Source of the DNA: Candidatus Onthomonas avicola | GTDB lineage: Bacteria; Bacillota; Clostridia; Oscillospirales; Oscillospiraceae | DNA length: 64,000 nucleotides | NCBI GenBank assembly: GCA_018710845.1 | Contig: DVJB01000065.1 | Location: 7,310-71,309, forward strand | Reading direction: 5' to 3' | Part shown: positions 45,995 to 58,300 of the stretch, one piece after another | How positions within the stretch are numbered: the stretch's first letter is position 1 | Layout: the number at the start of each line of letters is the position of its first letter | Position numbers and translations under genes: made by a program | Notes under the pieces: model-generated | Databases searched by the model: none | Told to the model about the DNA's origin: nothing | The model's input: only the letters and a program-made list of their open reading frames with translations

Positions 45995-46624
45995 TCAGGG
46001 CAAAACGGCGCCCTCAAGGGCTTTGCCCACCGCCTCGGCGAGGGCGGTGTCCCGCCGCTGGGCGGGCGGCAGGGCGAGCCAGCGCCGCGCGGCCTCCTCC
46101 GCCCAGCGCGCGGTCCCGCCGCCGCGCGGCCCCTGTGCCAGGGTCCAGAGCAGCCCGGGCGGCAGGCTCTCCTGTCTGGCGGGGCCGTCCTGCCCGGCGA
46201 GCGCCCGGCAGCGGCGCAGCACATAGCTTGTCACAAAGGCGGGGTTGGACCTGTCCCGCCTGGCGCGCGCGCCGGGGGAGAGGGCGGGCCAGAGCGCGGA
46301 GAGGTCCTCCTCTCCCTCCGCCCAGGGCGCACCGCGCAGGGCGTCGCGCAGGGTGCGCCAGCCGCCGTCGTTCAGAGCGAACACCACCAGGGCGTCCCGC
46401 GCGGAGACGTCCGCCCAGTCCGCCGCCCAAGGGGCGATATGTGCGGCCCAGCGCGCGGCGAGGGCAGCGGCGGCGGCGCGGTTCTCCGGCGCGCATTGGT
46501 GCGCGAGCGCACAGAGGAGCGCGCCCCGGCTGCGCTTGAGGGGGACGGGGACGGACGCGTCCAACCCCGCCGCGGCGCGCAGCAGCCCCTCCGCCCGGTC
46601 ACAGTATGGGGCGATCAAATCCAC
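45995..46624 (-). CDS. Hypothetical Ala-rich protein
   Basis: 209-aa ORF with RBS, follows the DUF1934 gene. Confidence 0.6.
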   Translation of the reverse strand: MDLIAPYCDRAEGLLRAAAGLDASVPVPLKRSRGALLCALAHQCAPENRAAAAALAARWAAHIAPWAADWADVSARDALVVFALNDGGWRTLRDALRGAPWAEGEEDLSALWPALSPGARARRDRSNPAFVTSYVLRRCRALAGQDGPARQESLPPGLLWTLAQGPRGGGTARWAEEAARRWLALPPAQRRDTALAEAVGKALEGAVLP

Positions 46625-46683
46625 TGGGAAAACCCCCTCTCAAATGGCAAAAGCGGACCGGCCAGAGCCGGTCCGCAAAATCA

Positions 46684-47130
46684 TCACTGCTTCAGTTTTC
46701 CCTGGTCCGCCTCGCGCACCGAGATGCGAAAGGCGTTGCGCCCGGCCAGCGCGTGGTCAATCTCAATGGCGTAGTCGATCTCCAGCCGTCCGCCGCGCGC
46801 GTCGAGGTCGGAGCAAAGGCGGCTGGTGGACACGCCGATTTGAAGGTTGCCATACGGGGTGGAGTAGAGCGACAGGTGCCGCCGTCCCTGCTCAAAGACC
46901 ATCTGGGAGCAGACCTTGCCAGTGCGCATCAGAGTGACGCGGGGGCCCTGAATCTGAAAGACGGTGGTGGTGCCCTCCATGCCGGTCAGCTCGCTCTCCT
47001 GATAGCGCAGGTCGATCGTGCCCGCCTGCTCGGTCAGCGTGCCGGCGGTGACCAGGCGGACATCGTCGTTGTCCATGCCCTCGTAGCCCTGATGTCCCTC
47101 GATGGAGATGATTACCTCTTTTGTCGTCAT
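46684..47130 (-). CDS. DUF1934-family protein
   Basis: YQESELTGMEGTTT, LYSTPYGNL, EIDYAIEID. Confidence 0.88.
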   Translation of the reverse strand: MTTKEVIISIEGHQGYEGMDNDDVRLVTAGTLTEQAGTIDLRYQESELTGMEGTTTVFQIQGPRVTLMRTGKVCSQMVFEQGRRHLSLYSTPYGNLQIGVSTSRLCSDLDARGGRLEIDYAIEIDHALAGRNAFRISVREADQGKLKQ

Positions 47131-47147
47131 AGGAGCGCTCCTTTGTG

Positions 47148-47963
47148 TCAATACCGTTCAATGTCGATCTGTTCCACCGGCTCTGCCACCGGCCGGCCGA
47201 GGAACACGGCCGCGAGGTCGCGGAAACCTGCCGTCGAATCGCTCACATACCAGCGGCATCCGCCAACCTGGCCGGGAGCGGCGAGGGCGTCATGCTCGGA
47301 CAGCCAGCGGCCCACCTCGTGGGCGACCTCGGCGCCCGAGTCCACCAGCGCGACCTGGGGGCCCATAAACCGGCCGATCACCTCGCGCAGCAGCGGATAG
47401 TGGGTGCACCCGAGCACCAGCACGTCCACCCCGGCGTCCCGGATGGGGGTGAGATAATCCCGCACGACCGTCTCGATCACCACATCGCCCGGCCGGGTGC
47501 GGCCGTTTTCCACCAGCGGCACAAACAGCGGGCAGGCGGCCGCGAAGATCTGCGCCTCGGGGTCGCGCGCGCGGATCACCCGCTCGTAGGCGCCGGAGGC
47601 AATGGTCGCGTGGGTGGCGATCAGACCGATGCGGTTGTTGCGCGTGAGGGCGACGGCGCGGTGCGCGGTCGGCTCCACCACGCCGAAGATGGGCAGATCC
47701 TGTTCCCGCCGCAGCAGGCCGATGGCCGCTGAGCTCACCGTGCCGCAGGCGATCACGAGGCTCTTGAGATCAAACGAGCGGAGAAACGCCACGTCCTGCC
47801 GGGCGTATTTGATAATGGTCTCCCGGCTGCGGCTGCCATAGGGCACGCGGCCGGTGTCGCCAAAGTAGATGATCCTCTCCTCCGGCATCCGCGCGGCCAG
47901 CTCGCGCACGGCGGTCAGCCCGCCCAGGCCGGAGTCAAACACGCCGATGGGGCGCGGGTCCAT
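47148..47963 (-). CDS. murI: Glutamate racemase
   Basis: PIGVFDSGLGGL, YFGDT..VPYG, LVLGCTHYP. Confidence 0.95.
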   Translation of the reverse strand: MDPRPIGVFDSGLGGLTAVRELAARMPEERIIYFGDTGRVPYGSRSRETIIKYARQDVAFLRSFDLKSLVIACGTVSSAAIGLLRREQDLPIFGVVEPTAHRAVALTRNNRIGLIATHATIASGAYERVIRARDPEAQIFAAACPLFVPLVENGRTRPGDVVIETVVRDYLTPIRDAGVDVLVLGCTHYPLLREVIGRFMGPQVALVDSGAEVAHEVGRWLSEHDALAAPGQVGGCRWYVSDSTAGFRDLAAVFLGRPVAEPVEQIDIERY

Positions 47964-48184
47964 AGGGCCGCCTCCTCTCTGTCCGTTCACTTGGCTATGG
48001 CCGCGCCACAGCCGTATGTAATATAATACGTCATAACAGACCGGAAGACAAGGGAAATATTTCACAAGCGGTGCCGATTGACAAGCGGGAGAAATATACT
48101 ATACTATAATAGGGTAATTCAAAAGGGCCCCGTTCGCGGGGCGCTGGGACGGCTGGCCGCCGGCCCGGATAGGAGGTCGTGGGA

Positions 48185-48598
48185 ATGGAACTAAAACTCA
48201 CCGCAAAACAATTCCGCCGCCTGCTTGATATGGCCTACATCGGCAACTGGGTGCTCAACTCCGCCCGGGGAGAAGACCGTTTTACAGATTATGACCAGGT
48301 GCAGAACCTGCTCTTCGGCAAGGCGGAGGAGGAGGGGATGGGCGCGCTCACCATCAGCTATGGCGGCGTACATCTGCCCAGCCCCGCCTATGTCAACGGC
48401 GGCATTCACGAGGCGATTGCCGATTACGAGGACGCCATCTTTTTCCGCATTTTGGCTGAGGAGCTGGCCCGGCGGGACATGAACGACGTGCCTATCGACG
48501 AGCACAATATGGATGAGCTCAATGAGCGGATGGACGCCTATATGGAGGAGTTCGAGCTGCACGGCACGGACAACGTCATGGTGGAGACGGGCGAGTGA
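48185..48598 (+). CDS. Conserved hypothetical acidic protein
   Basis: AGGAGG RBS and upstream TTGACA/TATACT-TATAAT promoter; LLDMAYIGNWVLNS motif. Confidence 0.8.
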   Translation: MELKLTAKQFRRLLDMAYIGNWVLNSARGEDRFTDYDQVQNLLFGKAEEEGMGALTISYGGVHLPSPAYVNGGIHEAIADYEDAIFFRILAEELARRDMNDVPIDEHNMDELNERMDAYMEEFELHGTDNVMVETGE

Positions 48599-48616
48599 GT
48601 CCAGGCAAATGCAGAC

Positions 48617-48657
48617 AAAACGGCAGGAGATCGGGGGTTCCGGTCTCCTGCCGTTTT
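48617..48657. terminator. Bidirectional intrinsic terminator
   Basis: AAAACGGCAGGAGA...TCTCCTGCCGTTTT. Confidence 0.8.
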
Positions 48658-48664
48658 TATGGTT

Positions 48665-50929
48665 TTATGGATTTTCCTCCTCCAGCGGGCGCAACTCACC
48701 GGTGAGACGGACACGCAGACCGCTGTAACGGCGCGTCTGGCGGTCGTTGGCGACCATCCGCTCAAGCACCTGCCGGTCGCCGACGATGACGAGCAGGCTG
48801 CGCGCGCGGGTGATGGCGGTGTAGAGCACGCCGCGGGTGAGCAGCATGGGCGCGCCGCTCACGGCGGCGAGGATGACCGCCCGGTACTCGCTGCCCTGGC
48901 TCTTGTGCACCGTCATCGCGTAGGCCAGCTCCAGCTCGTTGAAGAGATCGGAGGTGTAGGTCACCACTCTGCCGTCAAAGTTCACCATCAGCGACCGCTC
49001 CCGCACATCGACGGCGGCGACGGTGCCGATGTCCCCGTTGAAGACGCCGAGGCCCCCGCGCACCCCATCCGCCTCGCGCCAGAGCAGGTCGTAATTGTTG
49101 CGCACCTGCATCACCCGGTCGCCCATGCGGAAGACAATCGAGCCGTATTTCAGCTCGGGCACGCCGTCGCGCGGGGGATTGAGGGCCTCCTGCAGGGCGC
49201 GGTTCAGATTGGCCGTGCCGGTGACATACCGCCGGGTGGGGGAGAGGACCTGAATCTGTCCGGGCGGGATGCCCATCGACTGGGGCAGACGGGTCTTGCA
49301 CAGCTCGACAATGGTCTCCACCGCCGCCTCCCCCTGCGCGCGGCGCAGGAAGAAGAGGTCGCCCGTCCCGTGGTTTTCCAGCGGCGGCAGGACGCCGTGG
49401 TTCACCAGATGCGCGCCCATCACGATGGCGGACTGCTGCGCCTGGCGGAAGATCTCGGTCAGGCGGACGGTGGGAATCACGCCGCTGCGGATCAGGTGGT
49501 CAAACAGCTGGCCCGGGCCGACGCTGGGGAGCTGGTCGGGATCGCCCACCAGCACCAGGCGGCAGTCGCCCGCCACCGCGCGCAGCAGCGCGTCCATCAG
49601 CGGGAGGTCTACCATCGACATCTCGTCCACAATCACCGCGCCGGCGCGCAGCGGGTCGTCCTCGTCGCGCGAGAAGACGAGCTGCCCGCTGGCGCGGTCA
49701 TAGCCCGCCTCGAGCAGGCGGTGGATGGTGTACGCCTCCGTGCCGCACAGCTCACCCAGGCGCTTGGCGGCCCGGCCGGTGGGGGCGGCGAGGGCGACCT
49801 CCAGTCCCATCGCCTCATAGCAGGCGAGGATGCCGCGCAGGGTGGTGGTCTTGCCGGTGCCCGGCCCGCCGGTGAGCAGCATCACCTGCGACCGGGCGGC
49901 GAGGGTGACCGCCTCGCGCTGCTGGGCGGCGTACGCGATGCCCTGGCCGCGCGCGGCGCGGTCGATCAGCTCGTCCAAGTCCTCCGGCGGCCGCAGCTCG
50001 CGTCCCGCCATCTCACGCAGCCGCTCCGCCACCGCCACCTCCGCCTCGTAGAGGTCGGCGCGGTAGACCGCCTCCAGCCCGAGCACTCGCTGGGAGACCA
50101 CCTGCGCGCGCAGCTCCAGGCGCTCGAGCGCCTCCTCCAAGTCCTCCGGGGAGATGCGCCGCTCCTCTGTACCGGGGCCGAGCAGCCGCCCGGCGGCGGC
50201 GAGCAGTTTGTCGCGCGGGAGAAAGACGTGTCCGTTGTCCAGATTGTGGCTCAGGGTGTAGAGCACGCCCGCCTCCAGGCGGAGGGGGTCGTCCGCGCGC
50301 AGGCCGGCGGCAGAGGCGACGCGGTCGGCGGTGGCAAAGTCCACCTCCAGCTCCCCGCCGAGGAGGACATAGGGATTGCTGCGCAGCACCCCCAGCGCGC
50401 CCTGGCCGTAGACCCGCCAGAGCCGCGGCCCCAGCTCCACCGGCAGGGCGTTGGAGGCCAGAAATTCCAGCAGGCTGCGCATCCCCGCCTTTTCCAAAAA
50501 GTCCGCCTGGATGGCCCGCGCCTTTTTCGGGGTGATCCCCTTCATCGTGGCCAGCCGGTCGGGGTCGGACTCGAGGACCTGAAAGGTCTCCTCTCCAAAG
50601 CGGTCCACCAGACGGCGGGCCATCTTCTCTCCGATGCCGCGAATCACTCCGGAGGCGAGGTAGCGGTAGACCGCCTGGGACCCGCTGGGCAGGCGCACCT
50701 GCACCGCGTCCGCCTTGAACTGTTCTCCGAAGGAGGGATGGGTCGTCCAGCGGCCGGTCAGGGTGACCAGCTCGCCCGGCCCGATCTCTGGCATGGTGCC
50801 GACGGCGGTGAAGTGGTCTCCGCCGCCGGAGACGCGCAGGACAGTATAGCCGTTGTCCCGGTTCTGAAAGACGACGGCCTCCACCGTCCCCTCCAGCACC
50901 TCGGGCGCTTGCGCCTGGCGCTCTGTCAT
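48665..50929 (-). CDS. recD2: ATP-dependent RecD2 helicase
   Basis: VFQNRDNGYTV, LTGGPGTGKTT, VDEMSMVD, LAYAMTVHKSQGSEY. Confidence 0.95.
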   Translation of the reverse strand: MTERQAQAPEVLEGTVEAVVFQNRDNGYTVLRVSGGGDHFTAVGTMPEIGPGELVTLTGRWTTHPSFGEQFKADAVQVRLPSGSQAVYRYLASGVIRGIGEKMARRLVDRFGEETFQVLESDPDRLATMKGITPKKARAIQADFLEKAGMRSLLEFLASNALPVELGPRLWRVYGQGALGVLRSNPYVLLGGELEVDFATADRVASAAGLRADDPLRLEAGVLYTLSHNLDNGHVFLPRDKLLAAAGRLLGPGTEERRISPEDLEEALERLELRAQVVSQRVLGLEAVYRADLYEAEVAVAERLREMAGRELRPPEDLDELIDRAARGQGIAYAAQQREAVTLAARSQVMLLTGGPGTGKTTTLRGILACYEAMGLEVALAAPTGRAAKRLGELCGTEAYTIHRLLEAGYDRASGQLVFSRDEDDPLRAGAVIVDEMSMVDLPLMDALLRAVAGDCRLVLVGDPDQLPSVGPGQLFDHLIRSGVIPTVRLTEIFRQAQQSAIVMGAHLVNHGVLPPLENHGTGDLFFLRRAQGEAAVETIVELCKTRLPQSMGIPPGQIQVLSPTRRYVTGTANLNRALQEALNPPRDGVPELKYGSIVFRMGDRVMQVRNNYDLLWREADGVRGGLGVFNGDIGTVAAVDVRERSLMVNFDGRVVTYTSDLFNELELAYAMTVHKSQGSEYRAVILAAVSGAPMLLTRGVLYTAITRARSLLVIVGDRQVLERMVANDRQTRRYSGLRVRLTGELRPLEEENP

Positions 50930-50953
50930 GCCGGACCCTCCTCTCGATGTGGA

Positions 50954-51370
50954 TTAAAACCAGCGCGCCGCCTCGTCCCGGAACTGCGGGACCGGCCCCG
51001 CTTCGTAGGGGTCATAGCGGTCGATATTGCAGCCAAACTCCTGCAGGCGCGCGATGCGCGCGCCGTCCCAGTCGATCAGGGAGACGCCCTCGAATGCCGT
51101 CCGGGTCCCGTCTGCCATCGCGGCGTCAAAAAACCACTCGACGGCGGTCCGGTCCCCCTGGTGCCAAAAACGGCGAATCTCCCAGCGCAGCACCCGGCCG
51201 CGCGTATTCCACTCGCAAAACCAGTGCCGGATGCGCGCCGCGCCGTGGTACTCCGGCCCCCAGCTCTCGATATAGACGGCATCCGGCGTAAACAGATCTA
51301 AAATGCCGTCCCCCTCGCCGGTCAGCCACATCTGAAACCACAGGCGGACGGCCGCCTCTCTCTCGCTCAT
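50954..51370 (-). CDS. NTF2/SnoaL-like protein
   Basis: LFTPDAVY, RTAVEWFF, FEGVSLIDW, IARLQEF. Confidence 0.85.
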   Translation of the reverse strand: MSEREAAVRLWFQMWLTGEGDGILDLFTPDAVYIESWGPEYHGAARIRHWFCEWNTRGRVLRWEIRRFWHQGDRTAVEWFFDAAMADGTRTAFEGVSLIDWDGARIARLQEFGCNIDRYDPYEAGPVPQFRDEAARWF

Positions 51371-51402
51371 CCGATCCCTCTTTCTCTCTCTGCCGGCCGG
51401 GA

Positions 51403-51717
51403 CTACTCCGCGCGCTCCTCAGGTGGTTCCTCCCGCAGCGACACCTCCGGCCACGCGGCCAGCAAGCGCAGCGTCTCTGCGCGCTCGGCGGGCAGCAGGC
51501 CGGCGCCGAGCACTGTGATCTCCGAGCAGAGCAGGCCGCTGGCGGCGAGCCACCGCAGACCGCGCAGGTCCTGCTCCAGCGACGGCCCGGCCTCCAGCTC
51601 CACGTGTACGCGGCGCCTGGCGCCCACCGGCAGCAGCAGCCAGCCGAGTGCGAGCCAGAGCAGTGCGCCCAGCCCCAAAGCGGCCAGAAAGGCCAGCGCA
51701 GCGGTCAACGGGTCCAT
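51403..51717 (-). CDS. Small hypothetical membrane-anchored protein
   Basis: N-terminal hydrophobic helix; GAGGTG RBS. Confidence 0.6.
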   Translation of the reverse strand: MDPLTAALAFLAALGLGALLWLALGWLLLPVGARRRVHVELEAGPSLEQDLRGLRWLAASGLLCSEITVLGAGLLPAERAETLRLLAAWPEVSLREEPPEERAE

Positions 51718-51772
51718 ATCCATCACCTCACTCCAGTCTATGGGGCGAGGACGGAAAATGTGTTCCTTTCTC

Positions 51773-54604
<2,832 letters not shown>

Positions 54605-54616
54605 CGGCAAAACTCC

Positions 54617-55159
54617 TTATCTTCCTGTTGTTTCCGTCCGTCCCGGCCCGAGCCGGGATAAGACCGCCTCTGCCCGCGCCTCGTCTGCCCGGCGGCAGAG
54701 GATCAGCTTCTCCGGCCAGCGCCGGAAGAGGGCCTCCCAGGCGCGGCGGCGACGGCGTCCGCGCCCGGCCCAGAGCAGCCACCAGGCGAATTCCAGATCA
54801 AATTTCTCCGGGCAGCCGGGGCCCATATCTGTGCGGGTCCTCCCGCGATAGCGCAGATACCGGCCAAAGGCGCGGCGAAAGCAGAGCCAGCGCGGCAGGT
54901 CGAGAAAGATGATCTTGTCCGCCTCCGCCATGCGCCGGTCAAAGCAGAGAGCGGAGTAGTTCCCCTCGATGACCCAGCTTCCGTTTCGATCGAGGAAGTT
55001 GTTCACCATCGCCCGTCCCTCCTCGTCCGGCCGTTCCTGCCAGCCGGGAAGCCAGTGCACCGCGTCCAGATGGAGGACGGGCACGTCCAGCACCTCGCCC
55101 AGCGCCCGGGCCAGGGTGGATTTCCCCGCCCCGCTGTAGCCGATAATGCAGAGCCTCAT
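54617..55159 (-). CDS. Adenylate-kinase-like P-loop protein (topology modulation/FlaR family)
   Basis: IIGYSGAGKST, LHLDAVHWLPGW, WVIEGNY, GCPEKFD; start overlaps the RAYT stop (ATGA). Confidence 0.88.
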   Translation of the reverse strand: MRLCIIGYSGAGKSTLARALGEVLDVPVLHLDAVHWLPGWQERPDEEGRAMVNNFLDRNGSWVIEGNYSALCFDRRMAEADKIIFLDLPRWLCFRRAFGRYLRYRGRTRTDMGPGCPEKFDLEFAWWLLWAGRGRRRRRAWEALFRRWPEKLILCRRADEARAEAVLSRLGPGRTETTGR

Positions 55160-55725
55160 AGATATTTCCCTTTCGCAAAAGTCGGGCCAGGCATCTGCGG
55201 CGCTGCCGCCGCACTGTCCGCCGGATAATAACGATCCTCTTTCCATCTCAGCGGATTGGTGTCAATATAGCGCCAAATCCGCTGAAAATCCGATTCATCT
55301 CGCACAATATGGTCGTAGTAAGACTTCTGCCAAACAGGATAACCGATATGCTTGGTCACAGCTCCCTTGGTCTGCTTGACAATACGGGAGACCGTAGGGG
55401 CGCACCTCGTGCGCCCGCCGTGCGCCTGAAGCGTTATCAGCATGTGGACGTGATTCGGCATAATGACATATCGCTCCAGGACGGTCGATGGATAACAGAC
55501 GGGAATGCGCTCCACCGCCGTTTTGACCGCTTCGCCGGCTGCGGTAAGGGAAAATGGGGCTGTGGGCGCGCAGGCTGCCTCCCCTGCGGGCGCACACGGT
55601 GCGCCCCTACAGGTATCCCAAAACAGACAGACTCTGTCCTTCGTACAAAAGGTAATGAAATAGCAGCCGTTTTGGCTATAATCCCACTCTTTGAGGCGGA
55701 TTCTCTTTCGCTTGGGCTGTTCCAT
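55156..55725 (-). CDS. REP-associated tyrosine transposase (RAYT/TnpA-REP, HUH Y1)
   Basis: RKRIRLKEWDYS, YFITFCT, MPNHVH (HUH), WQKSYYDHIVRD, YIDTNP. Confidence 0.92.
   Translation of the reverse strand: MEQPKRKRIRLKEWDYSQNGCYFITFCTKDRVCLFWDTCRGAPCAPAGEAACAPTAPFSLTAAGEAVKTAVERIPVCYPSTVLERYVIMPNHVHMLITLQAHGGRTRCAPTVSRIVKQTKGAVTKHIGYPVWQKSYYDHIVRDESDFQRIWRYIDTNPLRWKEDRYYPADSAAAAPQMPGPTFAKGKYL
55394..55416 (+). repeat. GTAG REP inside the RAYT coding sequence
   Basis: GTAGGGGCGCACCTCGTGCGCCC; translates as GRTRCAPT. Confidence 0.9.
55588..55610 (-). repeat. GTAG REP inside the RAYT coding sequence
   Basis: GTAGGGGCGCACCGTGTGCGCCC; translates as CRGAPCAP. Confidence 0.9.
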
Positions 55726-55772
55726 CTCTGCTCCTCGGTTTCACGGCAGGCGCTCAAAGCCGCATCGGCGTC

Positions 55773-57797
55773 TCATCGCCACGACCGCCGGCCGCGCCGG
55801 GGCGCCCTGGGCGCGGCCGGCTTGGGCGAGCCGCCGCCGCGCAGCTCGATGAGCTGGTCGCGCAGGGCGGCCGCCAGCTCGAACTCCAGCCGCCCGGCGG
55901 CCTCCTTCATCTTCTGCTCCAGCTCGGCGGCGCGCTGCTCGCGCTCGGCGGGGGTGAGGGCCTTGCCGCCGCGGCTGATCTCCTCGCCCTCCTCCACCGC
56001 GCGGGAGAGCTCCAGCAGCTCGCGCACCGACTTGACCACCGTCTTGGGCACGATGCCGTGGGCCTTGTTGTAGGCGTCCTGGATGTCGCGGCGGCGCTTG
56101 GTCTCGGTGATGGCGCGTTCCATGGAGGGGGTGATGCTGTCGGCGTAGAGGATGACGCGGCCGTGGGCGTTGCGCGCGGCCCGGCCGATGGTCTGCACGA
56201 GGGAGGTCTCGCTGCGCAGAAAGCCCTCCTTGTCCGCGTCCAAAATGGCCACGAGGGAGACCTCCGGCATGTCCAGACCCTCGCGCAGCAGGTTGATGCC
56301 CACCAGCACGTCGATCTCACCCAGGCGCAGGTCGCGGATGATCTCGGTGCGCTCGATGGTCTGTACGCTGTGGTGCATGTATTTCGTCTTGATGCCGGAT
56401 TTTTGCAGATAGGCGGTCAGGTCCTCCGCCATCTTGATGGTCAGCGTGGTCACCAGCACGCGCTCGCCGCGCTCGATGCGCAGGTGAATCTCGCCGGTGA
56501 GGTCGTCGATCTGCCCCTCCACCGGGCGGACCTCCACCTCGGGGTCGAGCAGGCCGGTGGGGCGGATGACCTGCTCCACGATCTGGCCGGAGCGGCTGCG
56601 CTCGTACTCTCCCGGGGTGGCGGAGACGTAGATCACCTGGTTCACCCGCTCCTCAAACTCGTCGAACTTGAGCGGCCGGTTGTCAAACGCGCAGGGCAGG
56701 CGGAAGCCGTAGTCCACCAGGCTGGTCTTGCGCGCCCGGTCGCCGTTGTACATCGCCCGCACCTGCGGCAGGGTGACGTGGCTCTCATCGATGAACATCA
56801 GAAAATCCTTCGGGAAGTAGTCCAGCAGCGTCATCGGCGGCGAGCCCACCGGCCGGCCGGAGATGACGCGGGAGTAGTTCTCCACGCCGGTGCAGTAGCC
56901 CAGCTCGCGCAGCATCTCCATGTCGTACTCCGTGCGCTGCTGGATGCGCTGGGCCTCCACCGCCTTCTCCTGGGACTTGAAGAAATCCACCCGCTCCCAC
57001 ATCTCGCGCTCGATCTCGGTCAGGGCGCGGTCCAGCTTCTCCTTGGTGGTGACATAGTGGCTGGCGGGGTAGATGGCCACGTGCTTCAAAATCCGCGTCG
57101 GGCTGCCGGTGACCACGTTGATCTCACAGATGCGCTCCACCTCGTCTCCCCAGAACTCCACGCGGATGGCGTGATCCTTGGCGTAGACGGGGTAGATATC
57201 CACCGTGTCGCCGCGCACGCGGAAGGTGTTGCGGTCAAAGGCGACGTCGTTGCGCTCATAGCGGATCTCCACCAGCTTGCGCAGCAGCTCCTCGCGCGGC
57301 TTCTCCATCCCGGTGCGCAGGGAGATCACCATGTTCTTGTAGTCAATCGGGTCGCCCAGGCCGTAGATGCAGGAGACAGAGGCCACCACAATCACGTCCC
57401 GCCGCTCAAAGAGGGCGGCGGTGGCGCTGTGGCGCAGCCGCTCGATCTCCTCGTTGATGGAGGCGTCCTTCTCGATAAAGGTGTCGGTGTGGGGGATATA
57501 GGCCTCCGGCTGGTAGTAGTCGTAATAGGAGACGAAATACTCCACCGCGTTGTCCGGGAAGAACTCCTTGAACTCGCTGCACAGCTGGGCGGCCAGGGTC
57601 TTGTTGTGCGCCAGCACCAGCGTCGGCCGCTGGACCGCCTCGATCACCTTGGCCATGGTGTACGTCTTGCCCGAGCCGGTCACGCCGAGCAGGGTCTGCT
57701 CGTCCAGGCCGAGCTGTACCCCGTGCGCGAGGGCCTCAATCGCCTGCGGCTGGTCGCCGCTGGGCTGATATTCGCTCACCACATGAAACTGTCTCAC
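55773..57797 (-). CDS. uvrB: Excinuclease ABC subunit B
   Basis: [45 protein letters not shown]. Confidence 0.98.
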   Translation of the reverse strand: MRQFHVVSEYQPSGDQPQAIEALAHGVQLGLDEQTLLGVTGSGKTYTMAKVIEAVQRPTLVLAHNKTLAAQLCSEFKEFFPDNAVEYFVSYYDYYQPEAYIPHTDTFIEKDASINEEIERLRHSATAALFERRDVIVVASVSCIYGLGDPIDYKNMVISLRTGMEKPREELLRKLVEIRYERNDVAFDRNTFRVRGDTVDIYPVYAKDHAIRVEFWGDEVERICEINVVTGSPTRILKHVAIYPASHYVTTKEKLDRALTEIEREMWERVDFFKSQEKAVEAQRIQQRTEYDMEMLRELGYCTGVENYSRVISGRPVGSPPMTLLDYFPKDFLMFIDESHVTLPQVRAMYNGDRARKTSLVDYGFRLPCAFDNRPLKFDEFEERVNQVIYVSATPGEYERSRSGQIVEQVIRPTGLLDPEVEVRPVEGQIDDLTGEIHLRIERGERVLVTTLTIKMAEDLTAYLQKSGIKTKYMHHSVQTIERTEIIRDLRLGEIDVLVGINLLREGLDMPEVSLVAILDADKEGFLRSETSLVQTIGRAARNAHGRVILYADSITPSMERAITETKRRRDIQDAYNKAHGIVPKTVVKSVRELLELSRAVEEGEEISRGGKALTPAEREQRAAELEQKMKEAAGRLEFELAAALRDQLIELRGGGSPKPAAPRAPRRGRRSWR

Positions 57798-57844
57798 GAC
57801 GGCCGGCCTCCTTCTAAACTGCGGCGGATACTCATACAGACTAC

Positions 57845-57873
57845 ATGATAACAGAACGTCTGTTCTATGTCAA
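57845..57873 (-). promoter_or_regulatory. sigma-A promoter of uvrB (TTGACA-N17-TATCAT) with a LexA box in the spacer
   Basis: AGAAC-GTCT-GTTCT at 57853-57866 matches the Firmicutes SOS box GAAC-N4-GTTC. Confidence 0.85.
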
Positions 57874-57911
57874 TTGGAAAAACTGCCCGCATCAGAGGAA
57901 TTACTTTCGAC

Positions 57912-57934
57912 GGGCGCACACGGTGCGCCCCTAC
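57912..57934 (-). repeat. Solo GTAG REP
   Basis: GTAGGGGCGCACCGTGTGCGCCC. Confidence 0.85.
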
Positions 57935-57984
57935 GGGGTGGCGGTTGCCAGGAAAATGCGGTACGGATTCTGTTCCAGGATGCC

Positions 57985-58213
57985 GTAGGGGCGCACCTCG
58001 TGCGCCCGCGTCAGAAGGCGCGGCCTTCGCCCCCTCATCCGCCCCCTCCGGGGGCACCTTCCCCCCAGGGGGAAGGCATGGGGCTGTGCTGGACCAAAAC
58101 GCCTTCCCCCCCCCCGGGGGGAAGGTGGCGCGGCGACAGCCGCGACGGATGAGGGGAACCCCGGCCATTTCAAAATCGTCCCATCATCGCGGGCGTACAC
58201 GGTGCGCCCCTAC
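57985..58213 (-). repeat. Composite REP-B-B-REP element (inverted copy of the 33-kb units)
   Basis: REPs at 57985-58007(+) and 58191-58213(-); internal halves and spacer match 32872-32995 in reverse complement. Confidence 0.88.
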
Positions 58214-58239
58214 GGATGCTGCGCCCCATAACAACAAAA

Positions 58240-58272
58240 CCCCGCCGCGGAACGGGCTGTTCCGCGGCGGGG
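58240..58272 (-). terminator. Terminator hairpin after gpmI
   Basis: CCCCGCCGCGGAAC-GGGCT-GTTCCGCGGCGGGG. Confidence 0.75.
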
Positions 58273-58300
58273 CTGTCTTTATAGGTTATGGCCTGCGCGC

